Assembly (NCBI RefSeq): GCF_006345805.1
Contig: NC_042999.1
Location: forward strand, 39,866,001-39,930,000
Source of the DNA: Octopus sinensis
Taxonomy: Eukaryota
Reading direction: 5' to 3'
DNA: 64,000 nucleotides
A program made the translations under genes and the position numbers. Below, piece by piece: positions 1 to 13,213 of this stretch (positions are counted from its first letter, which is position 1; each line of letters opens with the position of its first letter). The notes beneath the pieces are model-generated. The model saw nothing but the letters and a program-made list of their open reading frames with translations. It had not been told where the DNA came from and did no database searches.

Positions 1-919
1 AATAATGCAGATGTAGTTTTCGGAGATATGAGGAAAGATGTTATTCACAGAGAGGGTGAATGTATCCATAATAATGCAGATGTAATTTGCTGATGTATGA
101 GGAAAAGATGTTGATCACACATCTATTCATTTCACAACTAAGTTGTTGGAAGAAGAGTTTGGCTATAGTGGCTAAAAGAAGTCGCAAAAAAGTCAGTGAA
201 GCAGAAACCGCCCAAATAAGGACATTATGGGAGGAAGGGTAGGGGAATAAGACGGCGTAAGTATATTACATACAAAAGTTAGTTTATTTCTCTGATGACA
301 GAAAATCTAGGTCAGTGTTGCAGGAATTTAAGATTTATAAGGGAACATTATTTTTGACCAGCAAACAGCTATCAACTGCCACTCCCACAGAGTTAATGGC
401 TCGATAAAGAATATATAGAGATCAAAGGAAAATATTAAAGGGGTCAAAGGCTATCAGTAGAGGAAGATACAGTAAGAAAGTTAAGGGCAACACTAGAGCA
501 GAAGGTTATTTATTTATTATTGTTTCTATTTTTACTTACGTTTATATATTGTAAGACAGAATTTAGGTCAATACCTAGAGGTCAGATAAATTCTATAGTA
601 AATGGTGTGAGAGTTTTGCTTATTCAAAATATAGTGATAATTCCTTGTATTAATAAGGGAGTAGTATTACCTATTAAATTTAGAATAGAATTAGGAAATA
701 TTAGCAATTTATTTGAATTAAGTTAAATTAACTATATAGTCAATTAAAACTTGGCATCGTACAAATACTATCTATTTTTGTGTGTTTTAAACAGGTACAG
801 TTAGAAAGGAAGAACACCAGTGGAAGAGCTCACAGATTTCTATTTAAAATATATTAGAGTTTTGCTTTTTCAGTTAATACAAGATAGACCTAACTCTATA
901 TGGTTATTCTATACGATTT

Positions 920-1636
920 TTATTTAAAATATTTAAGAGTCTTGATTTTTGAGTGAATACAATATATACATAATTCAATACGGTTATTTAATAAATTTTT
1001 ATTTGTTCTATTCTTTAAAATTTCATATGTCTCCATGGAGCAGAGTTGGCAACCTACTCTGTTATTTCTATAAGGTATTGCCCTTCTAACTATTTCCCAT
1101 TTTAGGTTATATTTAATATTATTATTTTTGAGTTCCCAAATCTTACTGGAAAGTGTGTTGCAACCAGCCTTATGACGTAACTTAAATGAGGAGATATGAT
1201 TGCTAATTCGTTGCTTAAATTTTATAGTACAACCCAAATAAAAAAATTTGCTTTTCTCAGTAGTTATAGTACATTTATAGATTACGTTATGGACCCCACA
1301 CAGACCTGGTACCAGGCATTTTGACTTAATCCTACAAATACACCTAGGGGAATAATCTTCAGATTTAGAATTATTTAAGGATAGATATCTCATATTGCTG
1401 CTGTTCAGATTATTATGAGTATAATTTTCGTTATTATAGGTAATGTTGTTATCTAAAGCTGTGTTATCATTTATCGATCCGCTTACAATATCATTTAGCT
1501 CTATAGCCATATCATAATTATCAACATTATTGGCATTGCTACTATTATTGCTTGTATTTATATCCGAATGCATATTGCTGTTATAGATATCAATGTTATC
1601 TTCATTCCCGAAATTATCTCTATTTGCATTGCTCAT
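920..1636 (-). CDS. PLE C-terminal fragment: Asn-rich linker, CxC-x5-C-x5-C zinc motif and GIY-YIG endonuclease
   Basis: CICRIKSKCLVPGLC...NVIYKCTI...YLGCT.KFKQRISNH...TLSSKIWELK...WEI...CQLCSMETYEI...LLN; the ATG is probably not a real start. Confidence 0.85.
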   Translation of the reverse strand: MSNANRDNFGNEDNIDIYNSNMHSDINTSNNSSNANNVDNYDMAIELNDIVSGSINDNTALDNNITYNNENYTHNNLNSSNMRYLSLNNSKSEDYSPRCICRIKSKCLVPGLCGVHNVIYKCTITTEKSKFFYLGCTIKFKQRISNHISSFKLRHKAGCNTLSSKIWELKNNNIKYNLKWEIVRRAIPYRNNRVGCQLCSMETYEILKNRTNKNLLNNRIELCIYCIHSKIKTLKYFK

Positions 1637-1718
1637 ATTATTATCAATATTATTTTTCCTATTAATATTAATATTATTATTAGTTATTCCATGGTTATTG
1701 ATGCTACCCTTTTGATGC

Positions 1719-2030
1719 TAGCAAAATGGGGGAAATACTAGAGTAATAATTATTTATGTCAAACTGAATAAAGGAGAGACTACTAGTATTAGTTAGAGAA
1801 TTAAACCATTCTAATACTTCATCAGTATTTAGCCATAGACTTAAGGGAAGAGTCGGGGTTATTTGGGGTAGAATCGCACCCCAAATAACCCTGACTCTTC
1901 CCTTAAGTCTATGGCTAAATACTATGATGAAGTATTAGAATGGTTTAATTCTCTAACTAATACTAGTAGTCTCTCCTTTATTCAGTTTGACATAAATAAT
2001 TATTACTCTAGTATTTCCCTCATTTTGCTA
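1719..2030. repeat. Near-perfect inverted repeat (151/153-bp arms, 8-nt loop)
   Basis: 1719-1869 is the reverse complement of 1878-2030 with 2 substitutions and one 2-bp indel; loop AGAATCGC. Confidence 0.95.
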
Positions 2031-2343
2031 AATAAATCCCTTATATTTGCCGTGAATCACTCCCTCATATCTAGAGAGGAAATCGATATAGTGCTATTAG
2101 CTAGAAAAACGATTATAGGATTTGAAGGAAAATTATGGACTAGAGAAGATACCCCTAATAATTTTGATATACCCATGGGTTCTAGTGATTCGGCTGAGGT
2201 AACTAATTTGGTAGGTGCATATCTATTAATGTGCATAAAAAGGGAAATCCCGGAATTACAAGGTGGTCTATATAGGGATGATGCTCTGTTTGTAATTCCT
2301 AGTAATAATAAATCTAGCATTGAACGGATTAAAAAGAAAATTA
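1879..2343 (+). pseudogene. PLE reverse transcriptase core fragment (Naiad-type)
   Basis: FIQFDINNYYSSIS (motif A), FDIPMGSSDSAEVTNLVG (motif B), GLYRDD (motif C); homology to copy 2 ends near 2343. Confidence 0.88.
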
Positions 2344-2973
2344 ACAGGAAAAAATTGTTTTCACCACAATAGAACCTACGAATAAGTTCCTCCCGTCAGT
2401 CGTTTTATATAATATGCTATTTAGTCATAATTTTCAGAAGGCCAATGATAAAAACAACCGACTTTTATATGTTACTGTCTTTGACGTGCATGTCCTGAAA
2501 TCATATTATGCAAGGTCAAGTTTGATATCACAAAGTATCAAAATGTAAAAACTAAGATTTAAATGACTGTAGCGTTTCCTCTTTTACTAAAGTATTTCAC
2601 CATTGCTAAAGAAATAGTTCTTTATTTTTTGTTAATACATGCATCTATTTTCGCTGGCCTCTAGTCCTTGGAGAGTTGTGCGAATAGAATGCTCAGGCAC
2701 TTTATGTATAGAGTCTTGTAAGAAACAATATTTATTACATACTTACGTTAGGTTCTGAAGAGTGACCAAGTGGATTATGGCTATTATACAACCATCTTCG
2801 TTTTGTCTACTGCTAGGCATACTATTGCTTAGTTCATTCCCTTCAACAATCTTAACACATGTACGTAATACTGCAACTCTGACTCTGAAAGCAGAGAAGT
2901 GGCGATAGAGCGGAGGTGACACTGACTTCTGGATTAAGCTGCTAGTCGACTAAATTTACCCCACCAATAATGA

Positions 2974-3002
2974 TACTACTACTACGACTACTACTACTGC
3001 TG

Positions 3003-3093
<91 letters not shown>

Positions 3094-3116
3094 TACTAAT
3101 AATAATGATAATTATA

Positions 3117-3167
<51 letters not shown>

Positions 3168-3190
3168 TAATAATAATAATAATAATAATA
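2974..3190. repeat. (TAC)n followed by (TAA)n microsatellite
   Basis: Direct reading. Confidence 0.97.
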
Positions 3191-4800
3191 ACACTATTAA
3201 AGACAGTTCATGGATTTACCAAAGAAATAGATATGAATTTATTTGGATTAGAAAAATGCGCCAAAGTAACCATGAAAGAGGAGGAAAACTAGTTAAGAGT
3301 AACAACATCACACTAGATAAAACCAATGAAATAAAAGAATTAGACCAAAGCCAAACTTACAAATACTTAGGAAACCATGAACTAGATAAGACACAACACA
3401 AACAAATGAAAGAGAAAATAAAAAAAGAATATTATATAGACGAGTTAGATCAAAACTAAACACAGAGCTCAATGCTAAAAACAAGATAATAGGTATCAAC
3501 ACTTTAGCTGTCCCAGTTATAAGTTACAGCTACAATCCTTAACTGGACACGAAATGAACTGTCCAAAATAGATAGGAAAACAAGAAAAATACTGACAGGA
3601 TCTAGGATGCATCACCCAAAATCTGACATAGAAAGACTATATATAAACGTATAGAAGGTGGTAGAGGCCTTATACAGCTGGAAAACTACTATAAAATAAC
3701 CACCATAGGACTGCAAAAATACCTACTTCAGAAGGAAGGAAAACTGATCCAGATAGCAGCAAAACACGAGCAAAACAAAAAAACTGTTCTCAGTATTTAA
3801 GGAAGCTGACAAATACAAACAAGAAATCATACCACCTAATAAACACAAACAAGAAGAAGAAGATGATGAAGAAGAAAACAACAAAAGCTATAAAACAAAT
3901 GAAATCCAAACTAAAAATAGAACAGCAACGAACCATGATAAAACGATGGCAAGAAAGGCCCTTCATGGTAAATACTGGACTAAACTAAACGCAAAAGAAG
4001 TAGACAAAGAAAAACCCCAGCAATGGTTGAGAAGCTCAGGACTCAAAGCAGAAACAGAGGGATTTTTAATTGCAGCACAAGACCAAAGCCTCCCCACCAG
4101 AAATTACCAAAAAATGTAATGAAAAGAAATATTACAAGTAACTGCAGATATGTGGAGATGGACAAGAAACAATAAATCATATTATCTCTAGCTGCCCAGT
4201 CCTGGCTAAGAAGGAATATATTCACAGACATGACAGAGTTGGAACCTACATACATTGGAAGCTATGCCAACATTATGGATAACAACAGAAAAAAGATGGT
4301 ATAGGCACACTCACAAAAGGACACAGAAAACGAGAAAGCAACCATACACTGGGATATGCCGATACACACAGATAGAGAAATTAAGGCCAACAGACCAGAT
4401 ATAGTTGTCAGAGATCATGAAGAAAAAAATGCTTTCTAATTGATGTATCAATACCGGTAGATGACAACGTGTCTCTAAAAGAAATGGAGAAACTCTCAAA
4501 ATACAAAGCCCTGGAAATAGAGGTAACTAGAATGTGGAACTGAAACAGAAGAAACAATTCCTATCATAGTAGGTGCATTAGGCATGATAAAAAAATATTC
4601 ATACAAATACATAACAAAAACCAGGACTTACAAACACATATAACATACAGAAAATTGCACTACTAGGCACTGCACACATCCTACGCAGAACACTTTCCAT
4701 ACAATAACCATCAGAGCATCACAACAAATCACAGCACATACCCAAGGCACACAGAGCTGCGCTCGGTAGTGAATGAAAGCACGCTATAAAAATAAAACTA

Positions 4801-4803
<3 letters not shown>
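3191..4803 (+). mobile_element. 5'-truncated R4/Dong-clade LINE (RT C-terminus, CCHC, restriction-like endonuclease, 3' UTR), frameshifted
   Basis: Frame-hopping translation gives FGLEKCAK, YKYLG, EGGRGL, GLKAETEGFLIAAQDQSLPTRNY, RHDRV, ANRPDIVV, LIDVSIP, ALLGTAHILRR; (TAA)n on both sides. Confidence 0.9.
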
Positions 4804-4833
<30 letters not shown>

Positions 4834-4942
4834 TATAATAATATAATATAATAATATAATAATAATAATAATAATAATAAAATGATAATAATAATCATGA
4901 TAATGATGATGATGATAATAATAATAATAATAATGATAATAA

Positions 4943-4992
<50 letters not shown>

Positions 4993-5020
4993 TAATAATA
5001 ATAATAATAATAATAATAAT
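4804..5020. repeat. (AAT)n microsatellite
   Basis: Direct reading. Confidence 0.97.
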
Positions 5021-5375
5021 TGATTTTATGATCCTGTGCGACAATACGATAGAGAATAGGAAGACGGACATAATCTTAATTGAGAAAGAAAACTAACTAT
5101 GCTGGATCACAGATATAGCATGACCAGCTGACAACAAGGTATGCGATAAAGAAGAAAGAAAAGTCGATAGATATGACAGATTAGCTTGGGAAGTTAAGCA
5201 GTTGTGATCGATGAAAAAGCTAGCAGTAGTACCAATAATTGTCGAAGCGCTCCGAACAGTGAGCAGAAAATCACGAGAATTACAAATAGTGGTTGCAATA
5301 AGGGTGGAGAACTTGCAGAAAACAGCACTGCTTGGAACCGCTCGAATACTCCGGAAGGTGCTCGAAATAATAGAG
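5021..5375 (+). mobile_element. R4/Dong-clade 3' fragment (RLE domain), second subfamily
   Basis: DFMILCDNTIENRKTDIILIEKE...VVPIIVEAL...LQKTALLGTARILRKVLE; starts right after (AAT)n. Confidence 0.8.
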
Positions 5376-5420
5376 GTGTTACCTCAGTTCACTGGTATTA
5401 GTATTATTATTATTATTATT

Positions 5421-6688
5421 CTATGTTTGACTTTTGCTTTATATTTGTACAAGTTGGCTCCAAGTCTCACCCAGAGACCTCAAGAGACAACATGGTGGAA
5501 GTTCATGTTGGTGTTATGCCTAGTGTGCCATATATTTGGGGGGGGGGATGTTGTACTAATGAATGTCTAAAAAAAAAAGTTTTTTTTTTTTTTTTTAACC
5601 GAAAATTATGTTTGTTTTAAACCTTGGGATTACATAGAGAGTATTTTGCGTAGGATATGAGCAGTTCCCATGAGCACTATCTTTTGAAACTTCTGCATTT
5701 TGGGTTTCCTGGTATCTGAGTTAGGTAGCTATAAGCCCCTTTTGCTATCATTCACAGGGCACCTATGACAACATGTATTGTTTTAGTCTTCAGCTTCCAC
5801 ATTTTGCTGATTTCTATTTCAAGATCTTTATATTGCTCAGTTTTTGGGTATTAGGTCTGACAGATACTTTTATATCGATTGGGACAGTCATATCAATGAG
5901 GAGGGCATGTTCTTTGTTGAAGTCTTTCAATATGATGTCTGGCCTATTTGCATCTATCTCCCTGTCAGTTTGAATGGTGAAGTTCCAGAGGAGTGAGATG
6001 TGGTCATTTTAAAGCACTGGTGTGGTTTGTGTTCCCACCAGTTTTTTTCATGGGCAAATCCAGGTTTTTACAGATTACCAAGTGAATATATTTGCAGCTC
6101 TATCGTGCCTGTTGAGATACTCTGTAGGCGCTAGAGACTGCACTTGGAGACCACAGGGTCAATGGTTTCATTTTGTTGCTTGCATACACGACACGTTGGA
6201 CTGCTTCTGATCTTTAATATGTTGGCCTGGTAGTTTCTTGTTGGTAGGCATTGATCTTGAGCTGCTATGATAAACCCCTCTGTTTCAGATTTTAATCCAG
6301 AGGCCATTAGCCATTGATGGGTCAGGGCTTTGTCGATATCTGCATTATTCGCTCTCTTTGGGTATTTGCCATAGAGAGGTTTTTCTTGCCATTTATTATT
6401 CAATATGAGAGTTATAGGAAAAATAGCAAAGTAACACGACTTGGCCATTTAATTACAGAGTCTATAGAAAGTGCGGGTAAAATGTAACCCAATACTTATA
6501 AGGGCATTAGGAATTTTCCAAAATGCTTTGAGCAGATGGATAGACGAACAAGACAGAAGACCCAGATTAGTACATAAAGGACAGCTACGATACTTAGGAA
6601 GGTCCTTGTCATCTAAGGTTACTTGTTGTAGCCCGATTTTAGGATATTTTCTTTTCGATCAGTCCAGTCTGTTGTGCTTAAACGATAT
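5421..6688 (-). mobile_element. R4/Dong-clade 3' fragment, third subfamily, tail-to-tail with the previous one
   Basis: Minus strand: WQEKPLYGKY, GLKSETEGFIIAAQDQCLPTRNY, CRVC, DANRPDIILKD, GTAHILRKIL; its 3' end meets (AAT)n on its own strand at about 5402-5420. Confidence 0.88.
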
Positions 6689-6691
6689 ATA

Positions 6692-6768
<77 letters not shown>

Positions 6769-6769
6769 G

Positions 6770-6960
6770 CTATTCTACTAAAGGCACAAGGCCTGATTTT
6801 GGGGAGGGGGAAGTCGATGACATCGACTCCAGTACACAACTGCTACTTATTTTATCGACCCTGAGAAGATGAATGCCAAAGTTGACGTCGCTGGAATTTG
6901 AACTCTGAAAGTAAAAACAGACGAAACACTGCCAAATATTTCGCCCGGGCTGGCAGCGAC
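6770..6960 (-). mobile_element. Degenerate tRNA-derived SINE (same family as 14798)
   Basis: Reverse complement matches the GAGTTCAAATTCC...GTCAACTTTG...TCAT...GGGTCGATAAAATAAGTA blocks of the 14798 SINE. Confidence 0.7.
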
Positions 6961-7004
6961 TCATATAACTCACTGACTCAATTATAACAACATCAGCACC
7001 ACCG

Positions 7005-7261
7005 CCACAACCAGTAACAACAACAACAATACTAATAATGACGATGACCATTACGATGATGATGATGATGGTGGTGGTGGTGGTGGTGATGATGATGATT
7101 ATGATGATGGTGATGATTACGATGATGATGATGATGATGACGATAATAATAATAATAATAATAATAATATATTAATATTAATATTAATAATAATAATATT
7201 AATAATAATAATAATGACAGCAGCAATAATAATAAAAATAGTAATAGCAATAATAATAATA

Positions 7262-7304
<43 letters not shown>

Positions 7305-7312
7305 TATAATAA
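7005..7312. repeat. Compound (CAA)/(GAT)/(GGT)/(AAT) microsatellite
   Basis: Direct reading; explains the poly-I/H/Y ORFs. Confidence 0.95.
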
Positions 7313-7329
7313 TACGTCCAGGACGTATT

Positions 7330-7945
7330 AATAACATTCCTGAACGCATTAATACACGCACCAAGTATGTATTCAAGACATCCATATACCGCAAGGCTTC
7401 CTTCAGTGGACGATACCTTAACTTCAATTCCCACCATCCATACAATGAAAACATAGGTATTGCTCAGTGCCTAAAACATCGAGCAAAGAATATAAGCAAT
7501 GATCTTGACACACCTCACGAAGAAATGATCAAGCTCAGTAACAATCTGTTAAGCAACACCTACACCAAAAACATACTATGTACTCCAATAAACTCTCTAC
7601 AGTCTGTTTACTTGATGTGAAAGCCTCTCCGAGAAGATACAAAAGATAAGCGGCCCATATGACATAAGGACAGTAGTCAAGAATAATAAAACACTTCGCA
7701 AATATCTCCTTCGAGTAAAACCACCAATAGAGGCGAATATGACAAAAACCTACTGCGTGTATTCCATCACATACAGCTGTGGTAGGTTATGCAAAATAAG
7801 AGTAGATGAACATCGCAAAGCCGTGACACGAGGAGATATTAATATATCGGGTATTGCTGATCATGTATGGAAAGATAGAGACAACCCCTCTCTGTGTGAT
7901 GGAGTTAAAATAATAGACAAAGAACACCACTGCAAAATTGGTGTA
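7330..7945 (+). mobile_element. Degenerate Penelope/Poseidon-type PLE: RT thumb, linker and partial GIY-YIG
   Basis: FKTSIYRKASFSGRYLNFNSHHP...LKHRAKNIS...EE; SEKIQKI..YDIRTV; CVYSI..SCG; EHRKAV..G..SGIADHVW..VKIIDKE. Confidence 0.8.
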
Positions 7946-9184
7946 TGGTGTAGTGGTATTTATTGGCCTTGAAAGAATGAAAGTCAAAATGGACCTTCGT
8001 GGCATTTGAAATCGAAACGTAAAGAGAGACAAAATACTATGTATTTTGTATTTTCTCTGGCGTGCTAGAGAACTAGATATGAATGAATAGGACAATATCT
8101 ACACTGGGCATTATGCCGGTCTTATGACATGATGATAGTTCAAATGTCACACAGATGCGGTAATAAGTTACAAGAATGTAATAAACCTTTGATAATTCCG
8201 TGTGAACCGGGACAGAGGTCAATAAACCCCATAAAAATATGAGGGACTGTAAAAAGAATACATGATTTTAATTGGAATGAATATACTCTCTGATTTCCTA
8301 GAAAAAACTTCCGAAAGCTCAGTAAATATAAATATTTTTATTGTCAAGATTGGGTGCATGTGCCATCTTGAGACCTGTACAGTGCCATTAAACATTAGTA
8401 CACTTAGAATGATAAAGAAATAAGTGGATCAAGAAAATATTGGACCTGATACCTGGTAAGTCATCCTTGCAAAACGTACCTAGGTGTGTATTATCAATTT
8501 AAGTAACCTGTAAAAACATGTAAAGTTTTGTTTATACCATATAATGACAGATATATCCCACTTTCTATATAAAAGTTAGCATTTTGAAGATTTTGAGTAA
8601 AGTATCATCAGGGCCAAAGAAACTATGTGATAATCAGTTTAATTTCGCCAACAGACAATCGAAACAGTTGTAGGATTATATGAACGATATGTTAATAAAT
8701 TAATTCATATCCACATAAACCAGTGTGTTCATTACCAAATATTGCTTCAGGTAACAGAGCAACACTCGGAAATATACGTCTAAGATTCTGAACGCAAAGG
8801 ATTTATAATAATAATCGTGGACGTGGCATTGGAAGAAGATAAACATATTATTATGAAAGAAAGAAAAAAAAGGTCGACAAATATCGTGACCTGAAAATTT
8901 AGATCACCAAGATCTGCCGCTTGCCAGAATCAAACATAATGGTTTGTTCCTCTTATCATCGTAGCTTTCATTTCAATACCACCCAATCAGCAGAAATATA
9001 TGGACGCCTTATAAACACCCTACAATCTTGGCGTATTGTAAAAACCCCGCTTTACTTGGAGCTGTACTCACACTGAGTAAATTACTATTTGAGGTCTTTG
9101 GTGTGACTTAACAGACGGTACTGACCGCCGGTACACAAATTATCCTCAATCTACATCACAATATCGGATACTGTGCAATGTCAT

Positions 9185-9666
9185 TAAAAAAAAATAATAA
9201 TAATAATGAGAAGAAGAAGAAGAGAAAGTAGAAGAAGAAAAGAAAGAAAAAAAAGGAAAGGAAGAAGAAGGGGAAGAAGAAAAATAAGAAAAGGAAGAAA
9301 AAATTAGCAGAGGAATATAAAGAAGAAAAAGAGGAAGAAAAGGAAGAAAGTGAAGAAGTGGAAGACTTAGAAGAGAAGAACAAGAACAAGAAGAACAAGA
9401 AGAAAAGAAGAATATGAAGTATAAGAAGAGGAGGTAGGGGAAGAGGAAGAAGTAGAAGACGACGAAGATGAAGGCCAAGGAGAAGAAGAAGGAAGAGGAG
9501 GAGAAGGAGGAAGTGGAGCAGAAGAAGAAGAAAACGAAGAAGAAGAAGAAGAAGAAAAACGAAAAAGAAGAAGAAGAAGAAGAAGAAGGAAGAGGAGGAG
9601 CAGAAAAAGAAGAAAAAGAAGAAGAAGAAGAAGAAGAAGAAGAAGAAGAAAAGAAGAAGAAGAAAG
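9185..9666. repeat. Purine-rich (GAA)n-like low-complexity tract
   Basis: Direct reading; the K/E-rich and F/S-rich ORFs are artefacts of it. Confidence 0.93.
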
Positions 9667-10964
9667 TTTTCATGTGAACCTCACATGATTTACAAAATAT
9701 CACGAAAAGAATCATACAATTAGGAGATTATATAAAATAATAAACGCAGATTTATTTAGAATATTATACTGACCGATACTTCAAAAGTGTGTCAGAATTT
9801 CTCAGATTCAAAACATGGCAACAACAATGGCAAAAGATAAAACACAGAAAAGCAGAAATTTCAAAGATACGTTCGGACTTTCTACAGTTGTTTCATGCTG
9901 ATTAATGAATCTGGCTTTATTGACATACATACAAGCTAAATTGTTACCCTGATGAATTTCGGATAAACTGCTGAAAACTCGTGAGAGGCGTATGGTAGAA
10001 AGTCTTTTGAGAAGTAGAAAGAAATCCCGGATTAACGTCTCAAATTCCTTGTATATTAGACTTCATTATCTAACCAATAATGATTCTGTTATTAAATTTA
10101 CATATTAAGGCTTTGTCATGGAAAAGATTGTGAATTATCGCTAAAACAAAATATCTTCTGGAAAATTAATTCTGATTATTATTACTTGTAAATAAATATA
10201 TTTACAATCTTAATGTATAATTACAGAAACACTTTAATGAGAGGTGCATTATAAATAATGGAATGTAAGTGCAGTAACTAAAAAAACGAAATCATACAAA
10301 TATAAAACAAAGTTATTTACGATCTCTAATTTCATAAGATATCTTTAGTGTAACAAACATCAAATATTTTTCCAGACATTAAGCATTAATTAAATAAGAA
10401 TTTTGAATTACGGAGAAAGTAAATAAATGAAATACTTTTGGGCGAACATATTTAAACTAATGTACTTCATACATTGCAAATATTGTTTATGCAAGGAGGA
10501 TGCAAACATGAGTGCGTGAGGTAAATGTTCGTTTCTTAGTTATGGATCATATGGGGATTCACTTGGGTCGAACTAAATAACTTGCAGCCAACAATGTTTG
10601 CACCGAACCGATTTTAACAAAATTTTACACATGCATTACATAGAATCCAAGGAGTGACATGAGCTAGATAAGGTTTCAACTGCTTTTCTGATGTGGTCCC
10701 ATGGGGAGATGAGTCGCATTTTAAAAGTATTTTCGCTACGTTAAGTCCCGTAATTTGAAGAGTATCCAATCACCTTCCTCCAAATTTGCAGCAAACATTA
10801 ATCAAGCTCCCCGAATTGCTGCTGACCAAAAATATTTCCGAGGCAAACTATTGCCTCCCAACCACCACACAAAATGAAGATTAATAAAATCTGAGTATAC
10901 TCAGATTTTATTAATCTGCAATAAAATCTGAGTCTTTGCTTTAGCCCATTTTCTGAGGATAAAA

Positions 10965-11090
10965 TATATTTTTCTATTCTAGGCACGAGGCGCGACATTT
11001 TTGGAGAGGGAGCTTATCGACTCCAGTATGCTACTGGTACTTAATTTATCGACCTAAAAAGGATGAAAGGCAAAGGCGACCTCGGCACTC
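10965..11090 (-). mobile_element. SINE fragment (14798 family)
   Basis: CTGGTACTTAATTTATCGACC..AAAGGATGAAAGGCAAAG.CGACCTCGGC is the reverse complement of the SINE core. Confidence 0.7.
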
Positions 11091-11589
11091 GACGATAGAA
11101 TATTGACTCTACTCATGCATTATAAGTAACGTATATTTCATGAAAACATTTTTGCCCTATTTGGCAGAGGAAACATTTTGTCTGTGCTGGGTAGATGCTT
11201 CATGTTACCAACCCGTGCACCACCGGACCACTTGCGAGTGTTTGTGGATGCATGTGAGTGTGTGTCTGTGTGTGTGTGTGTGTGTTTGTGTGTGTGTGCG
11301 TGTGCATGTATGTGTGTGTGTGCAGCTTGGTAAAGGTACAACAAACCCATTCGTCCATTCTGCAGATGGACCCTGTTGATGTTTCACGTTTCCAATCTTG
11401 TGCAACGTAGCATAGTCCGGCAGCATATCTGCTTTCTATATCATCCATATTTGAACAATATAATACCAAAAAAGCAAACTGCTGTTGTGACTCACGACCA
11501 TTTGAGTTTAACCACTTCCGGAAGCTACGCTCGCCAACTGCAATGAGTCCCTCCTGTGTTTCTCCCTCGTTTAGTTGGAGAAGTAAATA

Positions 11590-11935
11590 CAGTGTGTCCC
11601 AGAGTTAATGATGACTTCAGTGAAATTGGATTCATTTTTTTTAAAAACTCGTTTATTTTTTATCATGTTAAAAGTGTATAAATTTTGAATTTTGTTCATA
11701 ATTTTACTTTCATTCTTGTCGGATCCTTGTTATTTGTCCATGGCAGTTTTTTTTTTCAATTAGGCAGCAATCATTTTCTTTACCTCCATCCCCAAGACGG
11801 AGCAATCGTTTATCTGAGCCTAAAGAACAGGCTCAGTTAGCAGTGCAGGAGGTAACACCTGAAGTGTTTGAAATGTGTTTCACAAAATTAAGGAGAGATT
11901 TGAAGTATGCAGAGATACTGACATGTTAAAACTCT
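11590..11935 (+). mobile_element. Possible ancient Tc1/mariner remnant
   Basis: TA-CAGTGTGTCCC TIR-like start; downstream AVQEVTPEVFEMCFTKLRRDLKY resembles a transposase C-terminus; no right TIR found. Confidence 0.25.
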
Positions 11936-12447
11936 TCACCAAATGTTTAACGTAAGATTTATAAATCTATTTGTTTTGGTAACAAGCATAAAATACTGTC
12001 AGTTGTTTGTTTTTAATTTGCTCAATTACATTGAAACAATTTCATCGAACATCCTATCTTGATATTTGTTGCGTTGCTCGAGTAAATATCAAAATAAAAG
12101 GTCTTCTTGCCGTAAACATCCTGTCACTTTGTTAGGCAAATTTTATCAAGGAGTACACTATCAAAATGTAGTTTTACTTTATAGGCGTGGCTGCGTGTTT
12201 GCGAAGCTTGTTTTCCAGCCATGTCACCTTGGTTTCAGACCTACTGTGCGCCACGCTGGGCAACTCTAATGTATTACAGCTCCGTGCCGACCAAATCCTT
12301 GCGTATTATATAATTTCCATTACTGTGTTGATATATAAAATAAAACATACAGGAGGAGTAAATCTCTCTATATAATAACACTTTGAATGTGGCTCTTGAG
12401 TAACAGTAATAGTAATTACCCGATCAATGACGGGTATTACTGGTAGG

Positions 12448-12512
<65 letters not shown>

Positions 12513-12516
<4 letters not shown>

Positions 12517-12560
12517 TAGCAGTAATATATATGAGCTCTCATATACATTGTTCAATATTT

Positions 12561-12643
<83 letters not shown>

Positions 12644-13176
12644 GTGTGTTTGTGTATGTGTATGTTAGTGTGAGCGTGCGTGATACCTTCACTTATGCCA
12701 ATACACATGCACAAAAACACCTAGAAAGATGTACATAACGATATCTATGTCTGTGTTAGCAAGTTTGCTGATGGAAATCTGCTGCAGTAAATTATATAAT
12801 CATTGTTTTTGTTTGTGGTTATATGTAAATTTTATGTATTGGTTTTTATGCGTAAATATAAGTCTATGTATTAGGAAATGTGCGCTTGTGTTCAGACGTT
12901 TATATGTGCATATGGTGTTTTTGTATGACAGCAATAATGAACTGCATTGCAGTTCTATCGGAGATGAGAAACAGTGTGGCATGCTGTAACAAACTAGGTA
13001 TCGGCAAATATGTAATTTTCTCAACTTCGTTAAGAAGCAAGTACTTCGTTTATTTTTCACAAACAGTGTGTTACTAATCAGACTTTCATATTCATTACCG
13101 TGTCGTATTTATATTCCTTCTTTCGCTATAACTATCACTTCCCTCTCTCTCTCCCCACACGTACACACACACACAC

Positions 13177-13213
<37 letters not shown>

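Larger units (their letters stand above)
1..2343. mobile_element. Rearranged Naiad-type Penelope-like element (copy 1): GIY-YIG domain and 3' region on minus strand, RT fragment on plus strand; continues past the window start
   Basis: Minus ORF 920-1636 and plus ORF 1911-2372 both align by eye with the plus-strand element at 35249-38948. The 3' region at 1-840 shares patches with 37600-38560 (e.g. TGGTCAAA(G)AATAAT, TTCACCCTCTCTGT). Confidence 0.85.
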
